Position numbers and translations under genes: made by a program. Below the pieces are notes generated by a model that saw nothing but the letters and a program-made list of their open reading frames with translations, searched no databases and was not told the origin of the DNA. A stretch of 64,000 bases of DNA from Anthoceros angustus (Eukaryota; Plantae; Anthocerotophyta), in the NCBI GenBank assembly GCA_010909165.1, contig MU008172.1:186001-250000 (forward strand), read 5' to 3'. This document shows, in pieces, positions 21,600 to 33,899 of this stretch; position 1 is the stretch's first letter; every line of letters starts with the position of its first letter.

Positions 21600-23395
21600 A
21601 ACATCAGACGATTAGCAAAATGCCATGCACTTAGCGGGTGTAGGTGTTTAGTTTTGCAGCTACTACGAGAAAACCCGCATGTTCGGATGTTTTCAATTCT
21701 TAAAATTAACAATGGGTCTTTTCTCAAATTTTGTTGTTACACGCGGCTCTTAGTAGCAGCCACCAGCGCCATGTGGGTTCGTATGGGGATGCCATTTTCC
21801 TTAGGTTTTCCGCTAGGATATGCATACACGAACGGTCTCAGATCAAACCAGCCGCTTTTCCGCAATTTGTGGATGGTGTCTTTTCCACAAAGGGTTATTT
21901 TTCCTTGAAGGGGTTTGTATATTCCCCTTTATAATTTATGGTGTTATGGGCAATGAGTGTTTGTGGGCAGCGTGCTCACGTGCCTCATGAGGATGTCGCA
22001 GTCGCACCCATCGCATCGTCTCAAGCGGGCGGTTGGAGCTATATGATTCTGCAGCCTAGTGTGATTCCAAGTTCTTAAATGCAAGGACACTTCAACATGC
22101 GAGACCGCTGTGGCGTGGCCATAGGGTGGCATCTGTGGATCGCCCGCCCATGTTTGAAGTGCGGTGTGGATGCAATGGTGGACTCTCAAACAATCCCTCG
22201 CGATAGAACATCAGACGCTGATTAGCAAAATCTGCCTTAAGCGGGTGTAGGTGTTTAGTTTTGCAGTTGCTACTACGAGAAAACCATGTTCGGATGTTTC
22301 GACCCCTCTTAAAATTAACAATGGGTCTTTTCTCAAATTTTGTTGTTACACGTGCTCGCTTAGTAGGGTGGCGCCACGCCATGTGGGTTCGTCTGGGATG
22401 CCATTTTCGGTTAGGTTTTCCGCTAGGATATGCATACACGACAGGTTCCAGATTCAAAACCAGCCGCTTTTCCGCAATTTGTGGATGGTGTCTTTTCCAC
22501 AAAGGGTTATTTTTCCTTGAAGGGGTTTGTATATTCCCCTTTATAATTTATGGTGTTATGGGCAATGAGTGTTTGTGGGCAGCGTGCTCACGTGCCTCAT
22601 GAGGATGTCGCAGTCGCACCCATCGCATCGTCTCAAGCGGGCGGTTGGAGCTATATGATTCTGCAGCCTAGTGTGATTCCAAGTTCTTAAATGCAAGGAC
22701 ACTTCAACATGCGAGACCGCTGTGGCGTGGCCATAGGGTGGCATCTGTGGATCGCCCGCCCATGTTTGAAGTGCGGTGTGGATGCAATGGTGGACTCTCA
22801 AACAATCCCTCGCGATAGAACATCAGACGCTGATTAGCAAAATCTGCCTTAAGCGGGTGTAGGTGTTTAGTTTTGCAGTTGCTACTACGAGAAAACCATG
22901 TTCGGATGTTTCGACCCCTCTTAAAATTAACAATGGGTCTTTTCTCAAATTTTGTTGTTACACGTGCTCGCTTAGTAGGGTGGCGCCACGCCATGTGGGT
23001 TCGTCTGGGATGCCATTTTCGGTTAGGTTTTCCGCTAGGATATGCATACACGACAGGTTCCAGATTCAAAACCAGCCGCTTTTCCGCAATTTGTGGATGG
23101 TGTCTTTTCCACAAAGGGTTATTTTTCCTTGAAGAGTTTGTATATTCCCCCTTTATAATTTATGGTGTTATGGGTAAGGGAGTGTTTGTGGGCGTGCTCA
23201 CGTGCCTCATGAGGATGTCGCAGCTGCAATCTCGGGCGTCATTCAAGCGGGCGGTTGGAGCTATATGATTAAAGCGCAGTCAGTGCAGATTCCAAGTTCT
23301 TAAATGCAAGGGACACTTCAACATGCGAGACCGCTGCGTGGCCATAGGGTGGTGATTCTGTGGATCGCCCGCCCATGTTTGAAGTGCGGTGTGGA
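21562..23395. repeat. Tandem triplication, unit 606-612 bp
   Basis: ggatgcaatggtggactctc starts at 21562, 22168 and 22780. Copies 2 and 3 give identical translations over more than 130 codons. Junction microhomology GGA. Confidence 0.95.
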
Positions 23396-24690
23396 GCTAG
23401 ATTTTGCGAGCATGTCCCGACGGTGATGGCCACCATGCCCGCTTCCATCTTCACCGACGCCCCGCTAGGCCGCTCGGACGACCATATGTCTTTTCATATG
23501 AGAGGGCGGCGGAAAGTATATCTCATGCACGATAACGAGGGCAAGGTGGTGGGTGTCGATATGCACAAACGCGCGGTTTGGAGGTGGCTTCCTCCTACAA
23601 CAAGGTCTCCTTAGGACCGTGGACGGCCTCGGGTCACTAGTTGGAAGGGTGGACACCGGGTCTAAAGGTTCACAAAAGCCACCCAAAACCATGTTTTCCG
23701 ATTTCATTAAAAATCCTATCTAGGAGCAAATCATAGAGGATCTGCTTTTCCGTGTTTGTATGTCCGCATCTCATATTAGTTTGGCTAACCAGGTACATTG
23801 CCTATAAATGATTTGAAAATCGGGCAATTTGTATGGACAACCAAAAGGCAACGCGCAATGGAAAGTCCACGCGTGTTGCATCGGTGTCCACCGTCATGGT
23901 CGCCGCCTGCATTAGTGGGAGGGTCGTGGTGGCACCGACGCCTGCATAAACCTTGCATCTCCGCCCAATGTCGCGCGAGGGGAGGAAGATTTTGACGCCT
24001 ACCGCTCATTGCGTGGCCATAGGGTGGCGTGATTCAGGATTGCCCGCCCATGTTTGAAGTGCGGTGTGGAGCTAGATTTTGCGAGCATGTCACCGGTGAT
24101 GGCCACCATGCCCGCTTCCATCTTCACTGATTACGCCCGCTAGGCCGCTCGGACGACCATATGTCTTTTCATATGAGAGTCGTGGCGGGCACAGTATATC
24201 TCATGCCTGATAACGAGGGCAAGGTGGTGGGTGTCGATATGCGACAAACGCCTGCGGTTTGGAGGTGGCTTCCCTCCTACAACAAGGTCTCCTTAGGACT
24301 GGTGACGGCTCCTGGTCACTAGTTGGAAGGGTGGACACCGGGTCTAAAGGTTCACAAAAGCCACCCAAAACCATGTTTTCCGATTTCATTAAAAAACATC
24401 CAAATCTAGGAGCAAATCATAGAGGATCTGCTTTTCCGTGTTTGTATGTCCGCATCTCATATTAGTTTGGCTAACCAGTACATTGCCTATAAACGCAGAT
24501 TTGAAATCGTGGCAATTTTGTATGGACAACCAAAAGGCAACGCGCAATGGAAAGTCCACATGTGTTGCGGTGTCCACCGTCATGGTCGCCGCCTGCATTA
24601 GTGGGAGGGTCGTGGTGGCACCGGACGCCTGTGCATAAACCTTGCATCTCCCATGTCGTAGGAGGAGGAAGATTTTGACCGCCTCATGCT
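23330..24690 (-). pseudogene. Probable 2OG-Fe(II)-dependent dioxygenase C-terminal domain, in two tandem copies (period about 680 bp)
   Basis: Stitched minus-strand reading: ILYDLLLDRIFNEIG...VLRR....AF(VA)HIDTHHLALVI....W...VKMEAGMVAITVGTCSQNLAPHRTSNMGG..RI..TLWP. This gives HxD, a distal H and an R with the spacing of the 2OG-FeII_Oxy fold. Several frameshifts must be crossed. Confidence 0.45.
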
Positions 24691-24699
24691 CAACCATGA

Positions 24700-26170
24700 G
24701 ACCCTGCCCGCGAATCGTTTGGAAGTGGCTTGCCACGCCTCGAATTTTTTGCGATGGAGACCCCACCTCTCGACTGACCATCAAACGAGAATTCCACATG
24801 GGCGATGGAAATTGGAAGTTGCCCGCAGTGGTGGCAATCACAACATGGGGATTCCTTTCAAGCACGCTGGAGTGATCCCGCCCGCTTCATTGCTTGGTCC
24901 TTAAGGAATTTCGGTTGAGGCGGAGGCGGTGCAAACTCGCGACATCGCTGTAACGTGTTGATCAACACCGGATTCCACTCGGGGTTGGAGCAGAATGGTG
25001 TGGAGGGCAAAGGAGCACGACATGTCCAGTGTACTTACCGGTGGTCAAGGATAAAATTGGAGAAAGTCATATTGCTACATGTGTGTACCGAGGTGTGTTA
25101 GTGCGCTATATGTGAAAGTTGAACATCTGTTTCGTTGGATTGTCACATGACATCCATTGTCATCTTCGACATAGCTTTTATCTCGTGGGTTTACATACAT
25201 AGTCTTCCCTAGTGGAGATTAGGAGCTTGTATTGATCCGCCTGCTCAGATAATGGACGCCGCGCTTCTTTGAAATCGGTCCGTTGTTTCGTGAAATCCAT
25301 ACCTTGCAGTGCAAGCACGCCCATGAGCTCGCTCATCAAACACCGGCCAATCATCCGAACACATTCTCCGAATCGCCACCACTCCCATGCTTCCTAGCTT
25401 GCGTGCTCCACCAGACCGTGTTCGTTGTCTAGGTCGCCTCCAGGACCTTGCCACCGCCTGAATTTTGCAAGCGATGGAGACCCCACCTCGACAACCGACT
25501 CAAACGAGAATTCCACATGGGCGATGGAAATTGGAAGTTGCCCGCACCGGTGGCAATCACAACATGGGCGGGATCCTTTCAAGCACGCCTGGAGTGATCC
25601 CGCCCGCTTCATTGCTTGGTCCTTAAGGAATTTCGGTTGAGGCGGAGCGGTGCAAACTCGCGACATCGCGTAACGTGTTGATCAACACCGGATTCCACTC
25701 GGGGTTGGAGCGTGAATGGTGTGGAGGGCAAAGGAGCACCGACATGTCCAGTGTACTTACTTGGTGGTCAAGGATAAAATTGGAGAAAGTCATATTGCTA
25801 CATGTATGAGGTGTTAGGCGTGCTATATGAAAGCTTGAACATCATGTGTTTCGTTGGATTGTCACATGACATCCATTGTCATCTTCGACACATGCTTTTA
25901 TCTCGTGGGTTTACAACATACATAGTCTTCCTAGGTGGAGATTAGGAACATTTGGCGATTGTATTGATCCGCTGTCAGATGAATGGACGCCGACGCTTCT
26001 TTGAAATCGGTCCGTTGTTTGTGAAATCCATACCTTGCCCGATTGTGCAGACGCCCATGAGCTCGCTCATCAAACACCCGGCAAATCAATCTAACACATT
26101 CTCGAATCGCCACCACTCCCATGCTTCCTAGCTTGCGTGCTCCACCAGACTGCGTTCGTTGTCTAGGTCT
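24700..26170. repeat. Tandem duplication, period about 725 bp
   Basis: gcgatggagaccccacctc...aattccacatgggcgatggaaattggaagttgccc at about 24750 and 25470. Junction microhomology cttgccac at about 25448. Confidence 0.9.
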
Positions 26171-29100
26171 CGCCTGGGACCTTGCCACCGATGTGTTTGT
26201 TGTGTTCATAGCCGCATGCACGTTCTACCAGTGCGATACCACCGGCCGTCCGTGCTTAAGACCACACCGGGTCCTCCTACCGTAATCCTCGAAACAAACA
26301 CGTAGCCTATCCACGTCCGCACGACACACCTCGATCCGTGAAGCAAAGTTTTCCAATCCTACATCCCCACCATCCGGCGCACACACCCGAGGAGGGTGCT
26401 CTTCCGCCTCCTTCACTTGCTGCTCCGCATCCCCAAGGACCATTGAGTTGTCGCTGCATGCTTCACCACTTGCCATATGACCCTTGGTCTCGTTCCTCGT
26501 TGGTCTCGCTTCAACGACACATATGAACCCCGAGCACGCCCATGTTGTTCACCATGGGCTCCTTATTGAACGTCTTCCGCCTCCATAGCTCCTCGCCCAC
26601 CTCCTCCTCTTCCGGCCGCCACCGTCCATGGAATTGATTCAAGGTCCATGAATTGAGCGCACTGGATCCACATCAACAAATGACATTACGGCATAAATGC
26701 TATCATACCCGACCCCGATCCGCGACCCGTCCAAAGACCCAATCTCCTCATCAGACATACAATTGAATCAACCTCTTCAAGAGTCTTAGGGGCTTCGATA
26801 GGGGAAACAACCCGATCATCCGCAGTTGTAACACAATTTTAGTTCCACCGCTCGCAAACAGTTGTCACTCCACCGCCAAGTTGCGCTTCTCTCGAGCACA
26901 AACGGTTGAGGCACACAATCCTTATCCAAGCTCGCGCAAGTGAAAAGTCCTCGCATCGCATACCTCCGACAATGCTGTCACATTGGTTTTATGCCGAATA
27001 TCGTCACACCCCCGCACGCTTCCATCAAGACTTCTCTAACCATAGATGTGTCATCCGGAGAATGGAAGACCACAATACGAAATGTGGATGTGATGCCTTT
27101 GAACCGCATGATGACCCCTTCAAACTCGCCTTGGTAAATCTTGTGTCATACTCGTGATTGGGGATCTAGATCCAAGCCTGGGAGGTCTAACAACAACAAA
27201 GCATACGGCTCTACAACCGGGCCATGTTCACTATGTTCCCACACGATCCCGACCTTGCCGGGTTTTTCGGCTTGGAGTCGCTCACGATCATCCGCTTATC
27301 CTCGTGTGGTCGATTTCAAGGCACGCGACTCCTCCATCCGCTGTGCCCGCCTTGAATATGTGCTCCTTGAAGTTCTCGTAGGGCACCCCACTCAAGGCAA
27401 GTGTTGGCACGCACATGAAAGACACATCCCCACCAACAAATGCAAGCGACTGCTCGAATGTACGGTGTGAATGCCTCCACTTTCCATGACTTATAAGGAC
27501 AAGAAAGACAAGAGAGAAACTCGATTTGGGTATAGCTAAGTGTTCATCGAGGACCCACTGATTTTTGAATGGAAGTTACTAATGATTCACCATGCAATCG
27601 GGATATCGTTCTGAACCTCTTCAAATGTCTCACGCTGCAAATGCTTGGCGTCACATGGATGAGGTTGAGTTTTTGGCCTTGTCCACCCACACGAACATTT
27701 GTTTCAATGTCAATTCTCCAGCCAGGACTTTCATGCATGTCTTCAAGTTGTTGTTCCCAGCTGCAGACTGTTCGATGCCCTGGAAACACTTCCATACCCT
27801 CACCGGTATACTAAGCTCCTTTGTGTCAATGACCAAGTTTGCTCTAACTGCTAGTTGTCTTCCTTGAAGCCTGATGTGAGAGCCCGAGCCGCTTCCACCG
27901 CCAGCAACTGCTTGCCTCCACTTCTCAAAGATTTCATCCACGCATTTCCACACCTCATCATCAACACATTCTCGAATCGCCACCACTCCCATGCTTCCTA
28001 GCTTGCGTGCTCCACCAGACCGTGTTCGTCTAGGTCTCGCCTGTGGACCTTGCCACCGATGTGTTTGTTGTGTTCATAGCCCGCTTGCATGCACGTTCTA
28101 CCAGTGCGATACCACCGGTGTCCGTGCTTAAGACCACACCGGTCCTCCTACCGAATCCTCGAAACAAACACGTAGCCTATCCACGTCCGCACGACACACC
28201 TCGATCCGTGAAGCAAAGTTTTCCAATCCTACATCCCCACCATCCGGCCATCAAGCACACCCGAGGAGGGTGCTCCGCCTCCTTCACTTGCTCCGCATCC
28301 CCAAGGACCATTGAGTTGTCGCTGCATGCTTCACCACTGCCATATGACCCTTGGTCTCGGCTTCCTCGTTGGTCTCGCTCAACGACACATATGAACCGCA
28401 CCAGCCATGTTGTTCACCATGGGCTCCTTATTGAACGCCTTTCCGCCTCCATAGCCTCGCCTCGCCCACCTCCTCCTCTTCCGCCGGCCACCGTCCATGG
28501 AATTGATTCAAGGTCCATGAATTGAGCGCACTGGATCCACATCGTAAATGACATTACGATAAGAATAGCACCCGACCCCGATCCTGCGCTGCCCAGACCC
28601 AATCTCCTCATCAGATACAATGAATCAACCTCTTCAAGAGTCTTAGGGGCTTCGATAGGGGAAACAACCCGATCATCCGCAGTGTTGTAACACAATTTTA
28701 GTTCCACCGCTCGCAAACAGTTGTCACCCACCGCCAAGTTGCGTTTCTCGAGCACAAACGTTGAGGCACACAATCCTTATCCAAGCTCCTGCGCAAGTGA
28801 AAAGTCCTCGCATCGCATACCTCCGACAATGCTGTCACATTGGTTTTATGCCGCAATAGTCGTCACAAGACCGCACGCTTCCATCAAGACTTCTCTAACC
28901 ATAGATGTGTCATCCGGAGAATGGAAGACCACAATACGAAATACCGGATGTGGTGATGCCTTTGAACCGCATGATGACCCCTTCAAACTCGCCTTGGTAA
29001 ATCTTGTGTCATACTCGTGATTGGGGATCTAGATCCAAGCCTGGGAGGTCTAACAACAACAAAGCATACGGTGGCTCTACAACCGGGCCATGTTCACTAT

Positions 29101-29830
29101 GTTCCCACACGATCCCGACCTTGCCGGGTTTTTCTCGGCTTGGAGTCGCTCACGATTGTCATGCCTTATCCTCGTGTGGTCGATTTCAAGGCACGCTTCC
29201 TCCATCTCGCCTGTGCTCGGCCTTGAATATGTGCTCCTTGAAGTTCTCGTAGGGCACCCCACTCAAGGCAAGTGTTGGCACGCACACATGAAAGACACAT
29301 CCCACCAACAATGCAAGGCGACTGCTCGAATGTACGGTGAATGCCTCCACTTTCCATGACTTATAAGGACAAGAAGCGACAAGAGAGAAACTCGATTTGG
29401 GTATAGCTAAGTGTTCATCGAGGACCCAGATTTTTGAAGGCAGGAAGTTACTAATGATTCACCATGCAATCGGGATATCGTTCTGAACCTCTTCAAATGT
29501 CTCACGGCAAATGCTTGGCGTCACATGGATGAGGTTGAGTTTTTGGCCTTGTCCACCCACACGAACATTTGTTTCAATGTCAATTCTCCACCAGGACTTT
29601 CATGCATCTTGTCTTCAAGTTGTTGTTCCCACCGCATCTCGATGCCCGAAACACTTCCATACCCTCACCGGTATACTAAGCTCCTTTGTGTCAATGACCA
29701 AGTTTGCTCTAACTGTGTTGTCTTCCTTGAATTCTGCGGGCCTTGTTTGTGTGAGAGCCCGAGCCGCTTCCACCGCCGTGCAACTGCTTGCCTCCACTTC
29801 TCAAAGATTTCATCCACGCATTTCCACACC
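26095..29830. repeat. Tandem duplication, period about 1870 bp, doubling the methyltransferase domain
   Basis: acattctcgaatcgccaccactccc at about 26096 and 27967. Both units end ccacacctcatcatcaac. Copies differ mainly by small indels. Confidence 0.9.
26620..27210 (-). pseudogene. Beta-class amino-methyltransferase-like domain, copy C
   Basis: YALLLLDLP-GLDLDP (about 27175-27205), then (Q)KPLRLLKRLIQLY(S)DE(G)DWV(L)DG.AGSGSGMIA...RNVI..DVDP (about 26800-26665). This matches the textbook KP.Ll.rli..s.eGD.VLDpF.GSG tail. Confidence 0.75.
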
Positions 29831-30400
29831 TCATCATCAACCTTCGCAACACAATAATCCAAAGGTCCGGTTATCCACGAGGCGGTGATAGCGACCTTAG
29901 GTCCATGCTTGGTCGCATCCCACTTAGGAACCCCGCCACCGGCATATATCTCCAACTTCAGTCTAAGTCACACTTGCCCATCATAGCTCGGCCTTCATCT
30001 CGCCTGCGTACCTCACACGGTCGATGAAAGTAAAAGTCTTCCGGCATCCGCAATGGTGTTGTGATCTGGCAACTAACCTCATCTCCTCATTTGTGAGGCC
30101 AGCAAGAACATATGCATCCATCCACCGTACTTTTGAACCAATGGATACAAGTCGGCTAGTCTAGATCGCTGGAAGGAATGATTCCCCAATACATAAAATT
30201 TGTACACCCCGATCCACCTTATCCATGTCAAAGAAGTTCTTGTTGGGACCGGGCGGGTCTACAATGACAATCATGGGCGACACCGACCACCCACGTGGAA
30301 TGCTTCATCTTTTGCATCAAAGCCTCCACCCAAGCCAGTCTAGCTTACGTACCTTGCCAAACCGACATAGTTCTTCCGGAGGTCTACAACCTGATGGATG
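28500..30400 (-). pseudogene. ParB/Srx-like domain plus linker plus methyltransferase-like domain, copy D (paralogue of copy B, opposite strand)
   Basis: QVRKLDW.WVEALMQKMK..PMIVIVDP...FYVLG(G)NHSF (about 30175-30198). Linker EVWKCVDEIFEKW and GELTLKQMFVWVDKAK-type segments. EPPYALLLLDLP-GL (about 29035-29070); motif-I tail at about 28560-28660. Confidence 0.7.
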
Positions 30401-32134
30401 CTTTAACGTGGACTCCCATACTCTTTCCCGCAATTGCCTCCTCGCAACATCTCTCCGGCCTCACTCGTCTAGCCTGTCATCCGTGGCTACAAGACTGCCC
30501 TTGGCCTTCTATGAACTTTGGGAGCTCTTCGCCCCTCTCGGACATCATGTGCCATTCGCTTGCCGCGCACTTGTTGACCCTCCCACCCGCCGTCCTCCAC
30601 GCGATTGCCAAGACTCTCAATCCCTTCCTCTTTTCCTCGATTGTCTACCAACGATCGACGGCTTGAACCCTTCGCGTGCCATGGGCAGACCCAAATCCCG
30701 GTCCGTTGCATCCACCTCCATCGTCATCTTCCACGTCTGCCGGGGCTGGATATGATCCACCGGCCTCGGGCCATCGCCAATGCCATCGCCAAACCCCTCA
30801 TTGTCTGGTCCCCACCCGCATCCTCATCTTCGTCGGCTAGAGAGGTTAGGGTGACATCATCGCAGGCCATGGGCTAGGAAAACCAGCTGAGTGTGGGCGG
30901 ACTGCTTGGACTCAAGCACCGGACGTCCGTGGCTCGCAACCCTCTTACCAGAAGCTTTCATTTCGCAAACTAGTTGTCAAACGTGTCCCATGAATTATAT
31001 TTTGTGCCACCACCTTTTGTTGCAGTTTCACTGCGCAGATCATGCATACTGCTGGCGGTTGCCAACGACCGCTGCAGTGATGGATTTGCTCGATCCCATT
31101 CCGCACTAGGAGTTGCCATTTGATTTCCACTCGCAGATGCCATGCTAGGGGCCTTCTAGATGCCCTTTCGATGTAAGCAATGCATCATCCGCACACCTTC
31201 TAAACATTGCTGGTGCAAAGCCTTGTGGAAGACACGATGTCCATCACCGTGTCGCAATGCCTCCAAAAGTCTTGCCTTTTCCTCGGTTGGCACGCCACAA
31301 TGTCAAAGTTCTTCACCGCAAAGATGTATACTCTAATCCATTGCGGGTCCGACGAAGAGGCTCCTTGTGCTTGAGCCGATCGCAATATGACGACACCGCT
31401 CATCCTTCGTGATCGATCGTGAAAACAATGCCCCGCACATTTCTTTTGGCTGGTGGTTCGCATCATCCTCCATCGACACATACAAGAAGAGCAAGTCTTG
31501 ATTGGGTCGTTGCACCGTCCAACTTCTCTTTGTAATGTCAAATGGCGAGATCATCTTGTACATCCGTGGATCAAGTCAATATCGGACCGCTTGTAAGGAC
31601 TCGGAAAGATGCCTTGGTCGGGGATGCTCTTGTGGAAAGACCCGCATCGTGGCGCAGCTTTGAGTTGTCCTTGGAGTCCGGGCCGGTCCCGCCGCCTGCT
31701 CAAGGCCCGTGAGTCTGCCCTCCGCCGCGCCTTTTTTTCTCCACCGGAGGCCCCGCGATTTGTTGGAGTCATTCTTCCGCTCGAGCCCTTGAGGAGCCAT
31801 TCGTATGCAACTATGAAAGAAGTGAGATCACGAAGTGTTTAGATTGTTAAAAGTCGATACACGCATGAGCCGCAACTTCTCGAACACGGACACCTGTGTG
31901 CGGAGTTGATGGGTTGATGCTCACGACTAGCCCACCGCACCCTCGAGAGCAATGAATTGCACGCTGCGATGAGGAGGTCGAGACATTCTGCACGCCGCCC
32001 CGCCTCCGATGGACAAAGTGCGGGTGAGTGTGAGAACGACCTGCTTTCTCGGCGCGGCAATCTCTTGCTTTTCCGCCACACATAAGCTAGATGGAAATAC
32101 ACATCTTCCCGCCAAAGCGAGAATGAATCTATAC

Positions 32135-33765
32135 CATCCGAAAGGGGAAGGTGGGGTCACGTGCCATGAAGGAAGACACAGGCAAGGCAGCTCAGAATCA
32201 AGCAACTCCTTAAATGCTTTGTCGCATGACCGCGTGTTTTGCCATTGTCGGCTAATGTGGCAAATGCAAATTTGAGCATATTCTAAGGTATATGCTAGTT
32301 ATGCCACGGCTAAAATAGTGTTCCGATGGCATAACGATGGGCACCTAGAGTGATTCAAAGATCCACCGACTAGCTGACCGCCGCTTCCTACCAAAAGTGG
32401 GCATCGACTTCATTGCCGAGTGCGAAGGCTTATTTCGCACAAGCCCGCGAATTGTATCGAGTCGCATCCACTTCTCATCCACCTTGCGCATCCTCCTCCT
32501 CCTCCCGGACGCCACGCGCCCCTCCGTGTGAGAGCAATGGCCAACGACAGCAGCGGCGTGTTCGATTTTGCAAATTTCGCCGGGTCGATGCATGTCATTC
32601 CCGAACGGTGGCCATGAGTCCGACGACTCAATTGTTGATCTCACGATGATGCCCGCACAACCCCGCCGTAGTTTTAGAGGATGATTCACGAGCTATGGCG
32701 GCGGCCGGGCATAGTCCTTGAAGAGACACGGTGAAAGACTTCACAACGGTGGAGAGCGATGACGATGTGCGTGTTCCGATATGGAGGGGGGAACGGAGGA
32801 TATGGTTGCGGTGATGGCGACCTTTTTCGACGATCCCGAATGCGCGGAGAGGATCAAGAGGAGCTCGTGACGTTAACCGGATGTCCGGTGCTCGACGCAG
32901 ACGCCGACGCAGGCCCGACTGCCACCACGAGGCGACTGCACCATCCATCCGGAAAGGGGAAGGTGGGGTCACGTGCCATGAAGGAAGACACAGGCAAGGC
33001 GTGCTCAGTAATCAAGCAACTCCTTAAATGCTTTGTCGCGGCGACGTGTTTTGCCATTGTCGGCTAATGTGGCAATGCAAATTTGAGCATATTCTAAGGT
33101 ATATGCTAGTTATGCCACGGCTAAAATAGTGTTCATGGCATAACGATGGGCACCTAGAGTGATTCAAGATCCACCGACTAGCAAGTACCGCTTCCTACCG
33201 CCGCAAAGTGGGCACATCGACTTCATTGCCGCATTTAGTGCGAAGGCTTATTTCGCACAAGCCCGCGAATTGTATCGAGTCTTGCGCATCCACTTCTCAT
33301 CCACCTTGCGCATCCCTCCTCCTCCCCTGACGCCACGCCTCCGTGTGAGAGCAATGGCCAACGACGCCAGCGGCGCGTGTTCGAAAATTTCGCCGCGGGT
33401 CGATGCATGTCATTCGAACGGTGGCCATGAGTCCGACGACTCAATTGTTGATCTCGGCCGATGATGCCCGCACAACCCCGCGTAGTTTTAGAGGATGATT
33501 CATGCGCTATGGCCGCGTCGAGTGCATAGTCCTTGAAGAGACACGGTGGCAGACTTCACAACGGTGGAGAGCGATGACGATGTGCGTGTTCCGATATGGA
33601 GGGGGGAACGGAGGATATGGTTGCCGATGGCGACCTTTTTCTGCACGATCCTGCACGATGCGAGGCGGAGAGGATCGCAAAGGAGCTCGCACGCGTTAAC
33701 CGGATGTCCGGTGCTCGACGCAGAGGCACCGCCACCACGAGGCGACTGCACCATCCATCCGGACT
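32135..33765. repeat. Tandem duplication, period about 810 bp, upstream of the transposase
   Basis: ggggaaggtggggtcacgtgccatgaaggaagacacaggcaaggc at about 32143 and 32957. Junction microhomology accatcc(atcc)g. Confidence 0.9.
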
Positions 33766-33899
33766 TCTTCGATCACCGCGGCGCATCGCGAAGATGTACC
33801 GGCATTTGGCGTAAACCGGATAACACCGACGCGCCGACAAGGTCCCTCGGCGGCGTGGGGGTCCGAATACTATCGAGAATGTGCTACACCGTGCAGAAC

